From Chloroflexota bacterium (GTDB lineage Bacteria > Chloroflexota > Ktedonobacteria > Ktedonobacterales > JACDGC01): a stretch of 64,000 bases of DNA. The stretch covers positions 18,526-82,525 of the forward strand of contig JAJYBV010000002.1 in NCBI GenBank assembly GCA_021778805.1. The letters run 5' to 3'. This document shows, in pieces, positions 9,833-19,578 of this stretch; within the stretch, counting starts at the first letter, position 1; the number at the start of each line of letters is the position of its first letter. A program made the position numbers and the translations under genes. The notes under the pieces are model-generated. The model made no database searches. It was not told the DNA's origin and saw nothing but the letters and a program-made list of their open reading frames with translations.

Positions 9833-9986
9833 AGCGCACTCCTTAATCTATATCCACAAATGGCGCAAGCGTCTGCGGAAAAGATTGAGGGAAATACATG
9901 TGCGCGCTGCAAAAGTCAAAAGTTGCATAGCGATTTGCGCGAGCGTTTTTGCAATATCCCTGAAAATTTTCCGCGCCGCCGTTCCA

Positions 9987-10232
9987 TTATCCGCCGATAA
10001 TCCTTGGAACAAGAATGATTTGATCGGCCAGCGGATCAAATGTATTGATGCGAGTAGTAGTTTTATCTGTATTTACTTTAAAAGCAGAACATCCGCGGTC
10101 GCGGGCATCCTTAAAAATTTGCTCTGCTTCGCGAACGGCTGCTTCAGCTTCCGGGTCGCCAACAGTAAATTTTTCTGTATCCCAAGTAACGCGATCATCG
10201 CCTCTGCGGGAGAGAGTTCTCATCATACCCAT
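9987..10232 (-). CDS. small hypothetical protein (81 aa)
   Basis: AAGGAG lies upstream. It sits 30 nt downstream of the histidine kinase gene on the same strand. No recognisable motif. Confidence 0.45.
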   Translation of the reverse strand: MGMMRTLSRRGDDRVTWDTEKFTVGDPEAEAAVREAEQIFKDARDRGCSAFKVNTDKTTTRINTFDPLADQIILVPRIIGG

Positions 10233-10261
10233 AGTATCTGTATTGCTCCTTCATTGAAATG

Positions 10262-12382
10262 TTATATTTTGACCGGAAAACCGGTTAAAATCGGGATAGT
10301 AACGGTAAACGTAGTACCTACGCCAACAGCGCTTTCAACCTTGATATCACCATGGTGATTTTCAACAATGGATTTCACGATGGCAAGTCCCAAACCTTTT
10401 CCCTTATATTTTTTCTCACTTTGGTTATCTGCTTGATAGAATCGTTCAAAAATATGCTCTATATCTTCTTTACGGATACCACAGCCGGTATCTTTAACCC
10501 GAATAACGAATTCTTTGGCGGATGTACGCACATCGACCCAAATATTGCCTTCTTTGTTAGTGAACTTAATGGCGTTAGTCAGCAAGTTTCTCAGCATTTG
10601 TTCCAGCCGTTCTGAATCGCCTGACACTAAAGCATATGTTTTCGGCATTGGCGGGTGCAGATTAATATTTTTTTCTTCAGCCAGAATCCTTACTTCATTG
10701 AAGGCTTCATCAATAATAGTTTGAATTTGCACTGAGTTGGAGTAACTGTAGTCATTGTACCCAATATCATCATACGCCAGAAGCAGTAAGTCATTAATCC
10801 GGTTATTCATGCTTGCCAAATTGCATTCTGCCTGATTAGCCAAAGTATAAAGCTGTTTTGTTGGCAGATTTTTTGACTGCATTTTTATGTAGCTGATATT
10901 CAGAGTAAGTGTTTGCATCGGGGAACGAACTTCGTGGGCAATCATTTGCAAAAAATCAGCTTTTTTCATGTCTAGATTGCGTATAGAGGTAATATCCTTG
11001 ATAACAATCACTATCTGATTATTTGCATAGCGCATAGGCGCAATAGTTACCAGCACGCGCCGCGACGCCCCGGTATGGTGAGCGCTATGAATTTCATATT
11101 CAATATTAACCGAAGGGGCGCGTTTGGCAACTGCAGCGTCTAACGCAGCGTTTAAGGCGGTGGCGCCATATGCGCTGCGATAATTTGCTTTATCACCCAT
11201 GCGCAGCGCCTGTTTAATAGGCGTATTTTGCAAGCTATGGTTTGTTGCCCCAATTAACGCTGCCATTTGTTCATTTGCGCGTATAATATTTTGTTTTTCA
11301 TTAATAACGCATATTCCTTCGGCGCTGGAAGCAAATATGGTTTGCAGATACTCTTTCTCGGTTTTTATATCATAATACAGCAGCACATTTTCTATTGCAG
11401 TAGCAATGATAGGCGCCATATCTTGAATAATCCGTTTTTCATCCATCAAAAATGGAACCGCCCGCGACAGTGTTACAACACCGCGTAATTGCTCTTTCCA
11501 GATCAGCGGCGCGCAAAACAGCGAAACATGTTCGCCGCCCAGAAATGATTCCGTTATTCGTCCCATAACTGTGGGAGTTTGCGGAGCGTCATACGCCATG
11601 GCTTCATGTTTTCGGGCGACCATTGCGGTAAAAGAAGTTTCGTCGCGCAAAGAAATAACGCAGCTTTGCAATAGCGCCCCGCGTTTGCCTTTCGAGCCAA
11701 CGATGCGCAATTCCTCGCGCGCAGTGTCAAAGGAAAAAATAATGGCGTTTTCACAATGCACAATTTTGCTAATTTCCGACACAATTGCGTTAAATAAATC
11801 TACGGGATTCAGCGTGGTTATAGATCTGGCGGCGTCTAAGATAATGTCGCGTTCACTGCGCGCCATGGCCTCATTTTTCAACAAATAAATATTTTTCAGT
11901 GATTCAAAAGCATAATGTTCAGCTACCCGCACCAGCAACGGATCAATCTCGCGCAAGATTCTGCCTGCGCTAAAGGCGATAAGCAATGCGCCGGTTGTTT
12001 TATTTCTTTCTATTAAAGGAATAACAATGCCGGGCAAATTCGGCGGGCCATCGGTTTGGTGATACATTTCTGCCTGCCCCAAAACATCACACACCATTTG
12101 TTTGGTGTGCGAAATAGCCCACCCGGTAATACCTTGATTAAAGGGAATCATTTTGGCGTATACACTGCTATCCCCTGCCACTGCCATACATTGCAGTTCA
12201 CCGGAAATCGGGTTTTGCAAATAAATTGCGCAATGTTGTGCTTTCAGCATCTGCGCAATATTTTTTATGGCATACTGTATTCCTTCCATATAGCCTAATT
12301 CCTGCGGTAACTCAAGCAATTCGGTGATTTTCTTTGGCGCTGCCGGACTTTTTCCCGAGCCCAAAGCTGAACTTAATTGCAC
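10262..12382 (-). CDS. multi-GAF/PAS sensor histidine kinase (HisKA + HATPase_c)
   Basis: 706 aa. GTG start with AAGGAGG upstream. H-box MIAHEVRSPM. N and G boxes LRNLLTNAIKFT, DTGCGI, GKGLGLAIV. Confidence 0.9.
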   Translation of the reverse strand: MQLSSALGSGKSPAAPKKITELLELPQELGYMEGIQYAIKNIAQMLKAQHCAIYLQNPISGELQCMAVAGDSSVYAKMIPFNQGITGWAISHTKQMVCDVLGQAEMYHQTDGPPNLPGIVIPLIERNKTTGALLIAFSAGRILREIDPLLVRVAEHYAFESLKNIYLLKNEAMARSERDIILDAARSITTLNPVDLFNAIVSEISKIVHCENAIIFSFDTAREELRIVGSKGKRGALLQSCVISLRDETSFTAMVARKHEAMAYDAPQTPTVMGRITESFLGGEHVSLFCAPLIWKEQLRGVVTLSRAVPFLMDEKRIIQDMAPIIATAIENVLLYYDIKTEKEYLQTIFASSAEGICVINEKQNIIRANEQMAALIGATNHSLQNTPIKQALRMGDKANYRSAYGATALNAALDAAVAKRAPSVNIEYEIHSAHHTGASRRVLVTIAPMRYANNQIVIVIKDITSIRNLDMKKADFLQMIAHEVRSPMQTLTLNISYIKMQSKNLPTKQLYTLANQAECNLASMNNRINDLLLLAYDDIGYNDYSYSNSVQIQTIIDEAFNEVRILAEEKNINLHPPMPKTYALVSGDSERLEQMLRNLLTNAIKFTNKEGNIWVDVRTSAKEFVIRVKDTGCGIRKEDIEHIFERFYQADNQSEKKYKGKGLGLAIVKSIVENHHGDIKVESAVGVGTTFTVTIPILTGFPVKI

Positions 12383-12594
12383 CTTCGGCCTCCTTGAACG
12401 CTTTAAGCATCATTGACTTATTTATCAGCAATCTGGGCGCCATATTCTACCATTTGCTCTACCCAATACCAATAACACTGTGAAATGTGAGTTATTTTCC
12501 TTGTCACTGCTTCATAAAATCTTATATGATTAAAATGGCGCTGTATGAATAGTACTTTTATGTTCCGGCGCCCTGAAAAGAGGTTATTAGTTTC

Positions 12595-13434
12595 ATGGCT
12601 GCGCGCATTCTGGATGGCAATCATTTAGCTGAAACTCTGCTGCTTTCTTTACAAAAAAAAGCGGAAGAGTTTATCAGCCATAACGGCCGCGCCGCGCATT
12701 TATCCATTATTGTTATCGGCTCAGATACCGGAGCGGCGCTGTTTGGCTCTCAGGTAATACGCAAGTGCAAAAAAATTGGAGCCGCAACATCATCTACCCA
12801 TTTCGACGTCGACGTTACGGAATCAGCGATCCGCGATTATATTGAAACTATCAGCGGCAATTCATATACCGATGGGGTGATTGTGCTGCTTCCGTTGCCG
12901 GAAAATATTCAGCAAAGCGCAATTATGGCAACTTTACATCCCGCAAAAGATGTTGACGGGCTTGGCCCCAAAAACGCCGGCAACCTTGTTTTAGGTTTTC
13001 CCAGCTTTACCCCAGGAACTGCCGAAGCAGTTACTACGCTGCTGGATAGCGCAAACATACCAATCCAGGGGCAGCATGCGGTTATTTTGGGGCGCAGCAA
13101 CGTCGGCGGGAAACCCGTGGCTATGGAGCTGCTGCGTCGCAACGCTACCATTACCATCTGCCACACCCATACTAAAAATCTGCCGGATATTACCCGAACA
13201 GCAGATATTATTGTCGCCAGTATCGGCCGGCCAGAATTTTTAACCGGGGATATGATCCGGCCCGGCGCGGTAGTGTTAGACGCAGGGGTAAATGTAACTC
13301 CGGAAGGATTAAAAGGAGATGTGCATGCGCCAAGTATCCGCGAAAAAGCCGGCTGGTTTGCGCCGACTCCCGGAGGGCTTGGTCCGTTAACGCATCTTAT
13401 GGTTATTCGCAATACGCTTTTTGGCGCCGGCTGA
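12595..13434 (+). CDS. folD: bifunctional methylenetetrahydrofolate dehydrogenase/cyclohydrolase
   Basis: 279 aa. FolD-typical motifs DGVIVLLPLP, GRSNVGGKPVAMELL, PGGLGPLT. Confidence 0.9.
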   Translation: MAARILDGNHLAETLLLSLQKKAEEFISHNGRAAHLSIIVIGSDTGAALFGSQVIRKCKKIGAATSSTHFDVDVTESAIRDYIETISGNSYTDGVIVLLPLPENIQQSAIMATLHPAKDVDGLGPKNAGNLVLGFPSFTPGTAEAVTTLLDSANIPIQGQHAVILGRSNVGGKPVAMELLRRNATITICHTHTKNLPDITRTADIIVASIGRPEFLTGDMIRPGAVVLDAGVNVTPEGLKGDVHAPSIREKAGWFAPTPGGLGPLTHLMVIRNTLFGAG

Positions 13435-13578
13435 CGCCAGAAACTTGCAATATATTTTTTTATATAAAACTATCAGTGGAAACACCGCCGCGCATGTACT
13501 GCATAGCGGCGGCAAGCGCAAGAATGTTTGCGCCGGCAAATTCCCTGACAAAATCCCAATTTTTATGGAGTTTGTATT

Positions 13579-15363
13579 ATGTATAGATTGAAGCAGCAAA
13601 AATTTATTCCAGCAACTGCATTGTTAGTAACTTTAACGTTGCTTTTTACCGCATGCAGCGCATCAACCGGAAATAGCTCTAATCTTCCTTTCACTCAAGG
13701 AAAATGGTATCAGCCAGTATTAGGATCGTACAACAGCGCAAGTGTCAGTTCTACGGCATTTGCCGCGGCGAATCCGGAGTATGGCTATGCCTGTGTTTCT
13801 ACATTGCAAAGCGCCGCAACACCCGGACCGCAAACACCTGCGGCTTCGGCGACTTCTGCGGCCACAGCAACACAATCGCCAACAGCCCAAGCGTCGCCTT
13901 CAGCAACAGCGGCTTTAGCGTCTACCGGAACAGCCGCCGCCACAACACCTACTGCGCTGCCCACTGTTACCCAAAGCCAGATAACAAATACATTTTGGTC
14001 AACCACAACCGGCGGATTATATTGGAATCCTGTAACACTGCCGGCAACAATCGGTTCATTTATCTGCCCGTTATCGGCGGTTTCAGCGCCAAATCCACAA
14101 AATCCGCTAGATGTGTTTTTGCTGGCAGCGCAAGGAACCTTTGATGTCAATAATCCATTTGCGTTTACACCCGGGCAGCTGCAATTTCAGCTTTGGCGCA
14201 GCCAAGACGGCGGCCAAACATGGAAACAACTTACAACACCAACATCAGTAAACTCACTGCAGCCATTAATACTTTCGCCGTATCATCTCATTATTCAGGT
14301 ACAAGGTTCTACCATTGTGTTCGCAAACAACTATGTTGGATCTCAAACGTTATTTGTCAGCTATAATAGCGGTCAAACATGGGTGCAGCAATCTTTAAAC
14401 TCAGTAGATTCATTTGCGCCGCTTTCATTCGCCGGATTTGCCGACGGGCCAAATAACAGTTTATGGGCGCTGGTGTCTAGCAGTGATGTTTCGCAAACCA
14501 ACACACCGTATCAGATCTATCAAACAAATGATTTTGGCCAGTTGTGGAGTTTTGTAACTTCGGTTCCTATCGGCGCGCCGATTCCATCCGGAGCAAACGC
14601 TCAGTTATTTACCGGAGCAAACGCGCAATACGACTATGTTGTCACTCAAGTTACCCCAGGAACAGCGACGGCGCCGACGGCAACGACAATTGCGCCAACA
14701 GCTTCAGCAGCGGCTTCGCCAACGGCAACAGCCACAACACCATCCGGAACATCCGGCGCGGCGCTGCAAACTGCGCTGTACGCTTCATCAAACACCGGTG
14801 TAACGTGGAGTAAAAATATTTGGCCAGATTCTGTAAGCGGAACACCGCTCGGCGGCGCACAGATTGCGCAGTTTGGCGTTAACTTCGCGGTGGATTCGCG
14901 CGGATATGCCTATGCGGCCCCAACTAACAGTGATAATTCGCCGCTTTCTGATCCTTCAGCGGCAAACAGCGCAGGAATATATGTGTTTAACGGTAGTTCT
15001 GCGGCATTATTTGCCCAAACGCCAGCAACTTCCACAGTGATGACAATGTCGCTGGGATATGCTCCACAAACCAATGTGCAGAATCCGCAAACACCAACGC
15101 CGCTGCCATCGGCAACAGCAACGGAAGCAGTAGCGCCAACAACTACGGCTTCACCCCCGCCGATCGTTGCCCCTACAGGCACAGTAACGGCAACAGGAAC
15201 AGCATCCGCAACAGCCGTGACTTCACCGACAGCAACCGTAACGGCAAGTTCGGTATATCCGGTTTTATGGGTAAATTTCGGCCCGCCAAGTCTTTTTATA
15301 GCCAGTCCATCCGAAGCCGGATTTATGGGGTATATTTCTGAAACTGCTATACAAGGCAGTTAA
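13579..15363 (+). CDS. lipoprotein with BNR/Asp-box repeats and Thr/Ala/Pro-rich linkers
   Basis: 594 aa. Lipobox LLFTACS. Asp-boxes SQDGGQTW, SYNSGQTW, SSNTGVTW. Low-complexity TAxPT tracts. Confidence 0.7.
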   Translation: MYRLKQQKFIPATALLVTLTLLFTACSASTGNSSNLPFTQGKWYQPVLGSYNSASVSSTAFAAANPEYGYACVSTLQSAATPGPQTPAASATSAATATQSPTAQASPSATAALASTGTAAATTPTALPTVTQSQITNTFWSTTTGGLYWNPVTLPATIGSFICPLSAVSAPNPQNPLDVFLLAAQGTFDVNNPFAFTPGQLQFQLWRSQDGGQTWKQLTTPTSVNSLQPLILSPYHLIIQVQGSTIVFANNYVGSQTLFVSYNSGQTWVQQSLNSVDSFAPLSFAGFADGPNNSLWALVSSSDVSQTNTPYQIYQTNDFGQLWSFVTSVPIGAPIPSGANAQLFTGANAQYDYVVTQVTPGTATAPTATTIAPTASAAASPTATATTPSGTSGAALQTALYASSNTGVTWSKNIWPDSVSGTPLGGAQIAQFGVNFAVDSRGYAYAAPTNSDNSPLSDPSAANSAGIYVFNGSSAALFAQTPATSTVMTMSLGYAPQTNVQNPQTPTPLPSATATEAVAPTTTASPPPIVAPTGTVTATGTASATAVTSPTATVTASSVYPVLWVNFGPPSLFIASPSEAGFMGYISETAIQGS

Positions 15364-15427
15364 TCTACGGCGGCGTTTCAATACGAATCTAATCGGCGTC
15401 CTTTTGATACATCCTTTAAAAGTGGGA

Positions 15428-15454
15428 TAAAGTTTGTTATCAGAGCGCCGATTA
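15428..15454 (+). promoter_or_regulatory. sigma-28 (FliA)-type promoter
   Basis: TAAAGTTT-N11-GCCGATTA matches the enterobacterial consensus TAAAGTTT-N11-GCCGATAA at 15 of 16 positions. It also fits TAAA-N15-GCCGATAT. It lies directly upstream of a chemoreceptor gene, and fliA is in this window. Confidence 0.55.
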
Positions 15455-15455
15455 G

Positions 15456-17843
15456 ATGAATATCCTCACTAAATTAAAAGGATTCGTATTTGAAATGTTG
15501 CAGCAAGAACGTACATTTTCCAACAATCATCAGGATGATTCATTCCACATTCTGAACCAATGGGACCTCTTCGCATTTACAGTTCCCGTCATCGTTTGGC
15601 TGGCGAATATAACAACTATGGTGTTAGCCGGCCCATCAGGATTAACGATGTTTGTGTTGGCCAGTATCTTTTTCTTCATTCCCAGTGTATGGGTTACCCA
15701 ATGGCTTGGCAAAATGTTTCCCCGCCAATCGGGTCCCTTTATGTGGGCAGCGCGCACGCTGGGCTACAAGCGGGCATTTTTTCCAAGTTTCAGCATATGG
15801 CTGGGTGTAACCATTGGCGCAATCGGCACGCTTACCAACACCATGTTTACACTTCAATATTTTAACGCCAATTGGTTTGCCACTCCGGTTTCTGAAAGTA
15901 TTGGCATACTTATTATGCTGGCGCTGGTAACAGCCGTATGCCTTATTCCGTTACAGCAATTACGCCGCCTTGTTTTTGGCTCTACGATGGTGTATCTGGC
16001 TGCAATTGTCTGCCTTTTCGTAACTATTATTCTTTGGACAATGAGCGGCCATCTTCCGCAAACGTCATTTCACTGGCCAGATCAATGGCAAGTTTCATCC
16101 TCTACCATCGGATCATTCGGCCTTATTGTTTTTACCATAATCGGTGTAAATATGGCCATGTCTCTTGGTCCGCGAATGACCGGATCGCGCAGCGAGGTAA
16201 AGCGTTCCATGCGGTTTGTGTGGTGGGTTTTTGCCGCAGTTATAGCTATGTATCTTATCGCAGATTTTAGCGCGTTGATCATCGATACCCCAACACAGCT
16301 TGCAACGCCGTTTGTATTTACCGATGTGTTTTACAATATGTTTGGCGCGGGAGTTGCAAATTTCTTTAACGTTGTCGCTGTGATCATTGATTTTATGATA
16401 TCAGTTGTCTATGTTGTCTTACTGGCCTATGTTTTGCATTCATTTGGTGAGCATAATTATTTGCCGCCTTTGTTTGCCAAGACCACAGATCAGCATGTTC
16501 CGCGCAACGCAATTTTGGGGCAAGCAGGTAGCATTGGCGCATTGGTTGTAATAGCTTATCTCATTCTTCCCAGTGTTGCGCCATTTGGGCAAGACGCTGT
16601 CAGCAGATTTGCCATCATCACCAATATTTTAAACGCCAGCTCCAGCATAATTTGGGGATTAGGCATGCTTGTGCTGTTTCTATTCGGTCTTGCGGCGGTA
16701 ATGCGCTTTTCCGGTATGCTATCCGGAGCGAGATGGCCAATGTTCATCGTGTCTTTAGCCGGTATTCCTACAATGTTTTACAGCTTTTGGCTGACTCTTA
16801 CTGCGTCATGGATTCCAACGCTTATAGGCAATAACGCTTGGTTTGAAGCAACCCTTGGTGTTACCATATTTTTGTTGCTTGGCGGGTTGATACTTGGCGA
16901 AATATTACGCATGCACGGAGTTGTACGTGAACAAGATAGGCTGCATGCTCAATTAAAAACAACCTTCCAACAAATTGATGCGCTGATTAGAAACATTGGC
17001 AAAATGAGTTATGACGCCAACTCCGCAATGGCGCATATTCAAACGGCAACGCAATCTGTTTCACAAACAACCGGCGGACTTGCGCAATCGGTTGAAGAAG
17101 TGGCAGCTACAAGTTTGGAACAGGTAAGCACGCTAAAAGAAGCAACAAATACCATCGATTCGATGATTCAGCATACCGACACTATGAAGGTAACTCTCAG
17201 CTCGATGATTCAAACAATGGGGCGGTTGCAGCAGCAGTTTCAACAAAGCGTTCAGCAAGTTCAGAAACTTGACCAGCGTTCCATCGAGATCGGACAGATA
17301 GCTAACCTAATTGATGAAATCGCCGATCAAACAAATTTATTATCGCTGAATGCAGCAATTGAAGCAGCGCGCGCCGGCGAACAAGGGAGAGGATTTGCTG
17401 TAGTTGCGGGTGAAGTACGCAAACTTGCCGAACGAACGGCCAATTCAGTGCGCGAGATTAATGGATTAATTCATCACATTCAAAGTGAAATGGCGGAAAC
17501 CCTAGTTTCTATGGAATCCTCAAAATCTGAATTGCAATCAAGTGTTGGACAGCTCGAAACAGTAAACAGTCAAGTTACCGAGGTTGTTTCCAGCGCTGAA
17601 ACTACCCAAACGATGCTGCACCAAGTAAGCACAGTAACACGCACGAACAGCGATTCAGTTCGGGAAATGTCTTCAGTTATGGATACGACATCGCAGCAGA
17701 TTTCTGCCATCGAAGATTCTATGGGATTAATTAAAGATCTGGCTAACCAATTGGAGGAAGCCGAGAAAATTCACAGTAAAAAATCTGGTGTTACGCAGAT
17801 GCAGCAGCGTCAATCCTATCAGGAGCGAGCAATGGCCGCATAA
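15456..17843 (+). CDS. APC-superfamily permease-like 12-TM domain fused to a methyl-accepting chemotaxis signalling domain
   Basis: 795 aa. The N-terminal ~480 aa resemble amino-acid/polyamine permeases (WDLFAF.., [15 protein letters not shown]). The C-terminal MCP tip is [42 protein letters not shown]. If the sigma-28 promoter is real, the start is more likely ATG 15495 (MLQQERTF). Confidence 0.85.
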   Translation: MNILTKLKGFVFEMLQQERTFSNNHQDDSFHILNQWDLFAFTVPVIVWLANITTMVLAGPSGLTMFVLASIFFFIPSVWVTQWLGKMFPRQSGPFMWAARTLGYKRAFFPSFSIWLGVTIGAIGTLTNTMFTLQYFNANWFATPVSESIGILIMLALVTAVCLIPLQQLRRLVFGSTMVYLAAIVCLFVTIILWTMSGHLPQTSFHWPDQWQVSSSTIGSFGLIVFTIIGVNMAMSLGPRMTGSRSEVKRSMRFVWWVFAAVIAMYLIADFSALIIDTPTQLATPFVFTDVFYNMFGAGVANFFNVVAVIIDFMISVVYVVLLAYVLHSFGEHNYLPPLFAKTTDQHVPRNAILGQAGSIGALVVIAYLILPSVAPFGQDAVSRFAIITNILNASSSIIWGLGMLVLFLFGLAAVMRFSGMLSGARWPMFIVSLAGIPTMFYSFWLTLTASWIPTLIGNNAWFEATLGVTIFLLLGGLILGEILRMHGVVREQDRLHAQLKTTFQQIDALIRNIGKMSYDANSAMAHIQTATQSVSQTTGGLAQSVEEVAATSLEQVSTLKEATNTIDSMIQHTDTMKVTLSSMIQTMGRLQQQFQQSVQQVQKLDQRSIEIGQIANLIDEIADQTNLLSLNAAIEAARAGEQGRGFAVVAGEVRKLAERTANSVREINGLIHHIQSEMAETLVSMESSKSELQSSVGQLETVNSQVTEVVSSAETTQTMLHQVSTVTRTNSDSVREMSSVMDTTSQQISAIEDSMGLIKDLANQLEEAEKIHSKKSGVTQMQQRQSYQERAMAA

Positions 17844-17881
17844 TTGAACATCAATTTTGACATTAAAAGGAGCACAAATCC

Positions 17882-18238
17882 GGGATACGTAAAGGGGCGA
17901 CAGCCCCTTGCGCGGGGCTTGAGGCGCCTCCCAAATACATTTTTATATGAACTTTAACAATTAAAGAGGGATAAGATATATTTGCGTAATCAGGGATACG
18001 TAAGGGGCGGAAGCCCTTCACGCGGGGATTGGGGCGCCTCCCAAAATCTCTTTTATAACAAACACCGCGCGGTACACATAGGGATACGTAAGGGGCGGAA
18101 GCCCCTTGCGCGGGGATTGGGGTGTCCCCAAAATCTCTTTTTATAAACAATATTTCCAAGGAAATATTGGCGCCAAGGTGGCCACAAAACGAACACCACA
18201 CGATGAATCGTGTGGCTTGTTTCCCCACCTCCACCCAT
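17882..18238 (+). repeat. Composite copy of the mosaic repeat family (S, L, S, S, then a deleted M/R module)
   Basis: S-units start at 17882, 17993 and 18081. The L module TGAACTTTAACAATTAAAGAGGGATAAGATATA is at 17948. The M/R part jumps from GGCGCCAAGG straight to TGGCCACAAAACGAACACCACACGATGAATCGTGTGG. Confidence 0.9.
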
Positions 18239-18307
18239 GAGGCAATGCAATCCGGCGCCGTATCTTTTGTGTTATTTGGATCTTGTCAATATTCCCTGAG
18301 TAGTTAC

Positions 18308-18348
18308 AAAAAACTACGCAAGAACAATACTGTTTTCTTGCGTAGTTT
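18308..18348 (-). terminator. rho-independent terminator of the aldolase gene
   Basis: 14-bp stem AAACTACGCAAGAA / TTCTTGCGTAGTTT (18311-18324 / 18335-18348), followed on the minus strand by TTTTTT. Confidence 0.75.
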
Positions 18349-18368
18349 CCATTTCAATGTTTAAGATA

Positions 18369-19280
18369 TTACGCTGAATAATCTTTCAGCATTCCCGAAA
18401 TTTCCCCGGCTAAGCGAAGCGCTTCATCCATAGGCCGCTGCCATAAATTGCGACCAAAAATAACGCCAGAGCCTCCTGCTTCCATTCCCATGCGAGCCTT
18501 TTCAATAACGCCGCCTTCATCTTGCTTTTCTCCGCCGGAGAAAATGACAAGCGTTTTACCGGCAGAGGCAACTACATGCTGCAGCGCTTCTTGCACAGTA
18601 AACGTTGTTGTTGAATAGGGTTTAGGAGCATTTTTATCCTTTTCAGGATCGATCTTCGGAACATTTACTTTTACCACATCTGCGCCCAATTCGGCAGCGG
18701 TGCGCGCCGCATAATCTATCGCATAAAAGCTGTCCCGGCCGCCTTTGCCTTCGATAGCATCACCGCGTGGATAAGACCATACGATAATTGGCATCCCAAA
18801 GCGTTCTGCGTCTTCGCGAACTTTGCGGAATTGCGCAAAATCTTGCTCTTGCTGAGGCGACCCCACATACAGAGTATACCCAACCGCGTCGGCGCCAAGC
18901 CGAACTGCGTCTTCTACCGAAGCCAGCAAAGGTGAAAGTGGTGATTTATCGGCAGGAATTTCGGTTTTGCCATTTAATTTCAGCACTAAAGGAACTTGGC
19001 CGGCAAATTTTGCCATATATTTGCTGGCAATACCAATTTGGAATACAATCCCCGAGAATTTACCTTCTTTTGCAAGCTGCAGTTGAAATTCGGGATCTTT
19101 CGCTGGGGGATTCGGGAAAAAGTCTCGCGGGCCATGCTCTAAGCCCTGATCAATCGGCAGAAACATGAGTGTGCCGTTGCCGGGGCCAGCGCCATACAAT
19201 AATCGAGTTAACCGGGTTTTTTTCCCTGTGCTTAAGTTCATATCGGCAAGTGTGACTCGTTGTATTTGCTCCGTTGCCAT
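18369..19280 (-). CDS. class I fructose-bisphosphate aldolase (DhnA/FbaB-type family)
   Basis: 303 aa. AGGAGG RBS. FLPIDQGLEHGP resembles the E. coli FbaB LPVDQGVEHS motif. TIM-barrel-like layout. Confidence 0.8.
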   Translation of the reverse strand: MATEQIQRVTLADMNLSTGKKTRLTRLLYGAGPGNGTLMFLPIDQGLEHGPRDFFPNPPAKDPEFQLQLAKEGKFSGIVFQIGIASKYMAKFAGQVPLVLKLNGKTEIPADKSPLSPLLASVEDAVRLGADAVGYTLYVGSPQQEQDFAQFRKVREDAERFGMPIIVWSYPRGDAIEGKGGRDSFYAIDYAARTAAELGADVVKVNVPKIDPEKDKNAPKPYSTTTFTVQEALQHVVASAGKTLVIFSGGEKQDEGGVIEKARMGMEAGGSGVIFGRNLWQRPMDEALRLAGEISGMLKDYSA

Positions 19281-19578
19281 ACATTGCGCCTCCTGTAATA
19301 CTATAGTTTTATGCTGCGCGCGGAAATTTATGTTATTGGGGCAGCAGATTGTTTACCGGCATATGCGCAGCAAAAATAACCTATGGGGAAACCATATTTC
19401 CCTCACAAAAATCTGCGCCAAAGCTCGGCAATTTCTTGCAAAATTATCCGAATCTGCGCTTTGGCGGCGTCCCCAAAAACATATCAGGCGAACATGAAGC
19501 TTCGGGAAACCGAGTTCATAGCGCCATCAATTAAGCATACAACGCAAGAAAAGACTGCGTAAATAGCATATTTCCCAT

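Noticed and set aside
12909-13412. Long antisense or alternate-frame ORFs inside confident genes (e.g. 12909..13412 in folD, 13704..14150 in the BNR gene, 41703..42173 and 43119..43712 opposite flhA/flhB/fliR, 43737..44189, 48098..48580, 24486..24845, 25255..25674)
   Set aside because: These are shadow ORFs opposite or offset to genes with clear family signatures. Their composition is low-complexity or Arg/Ser/Cys-rich, and they lack RBS motifs.
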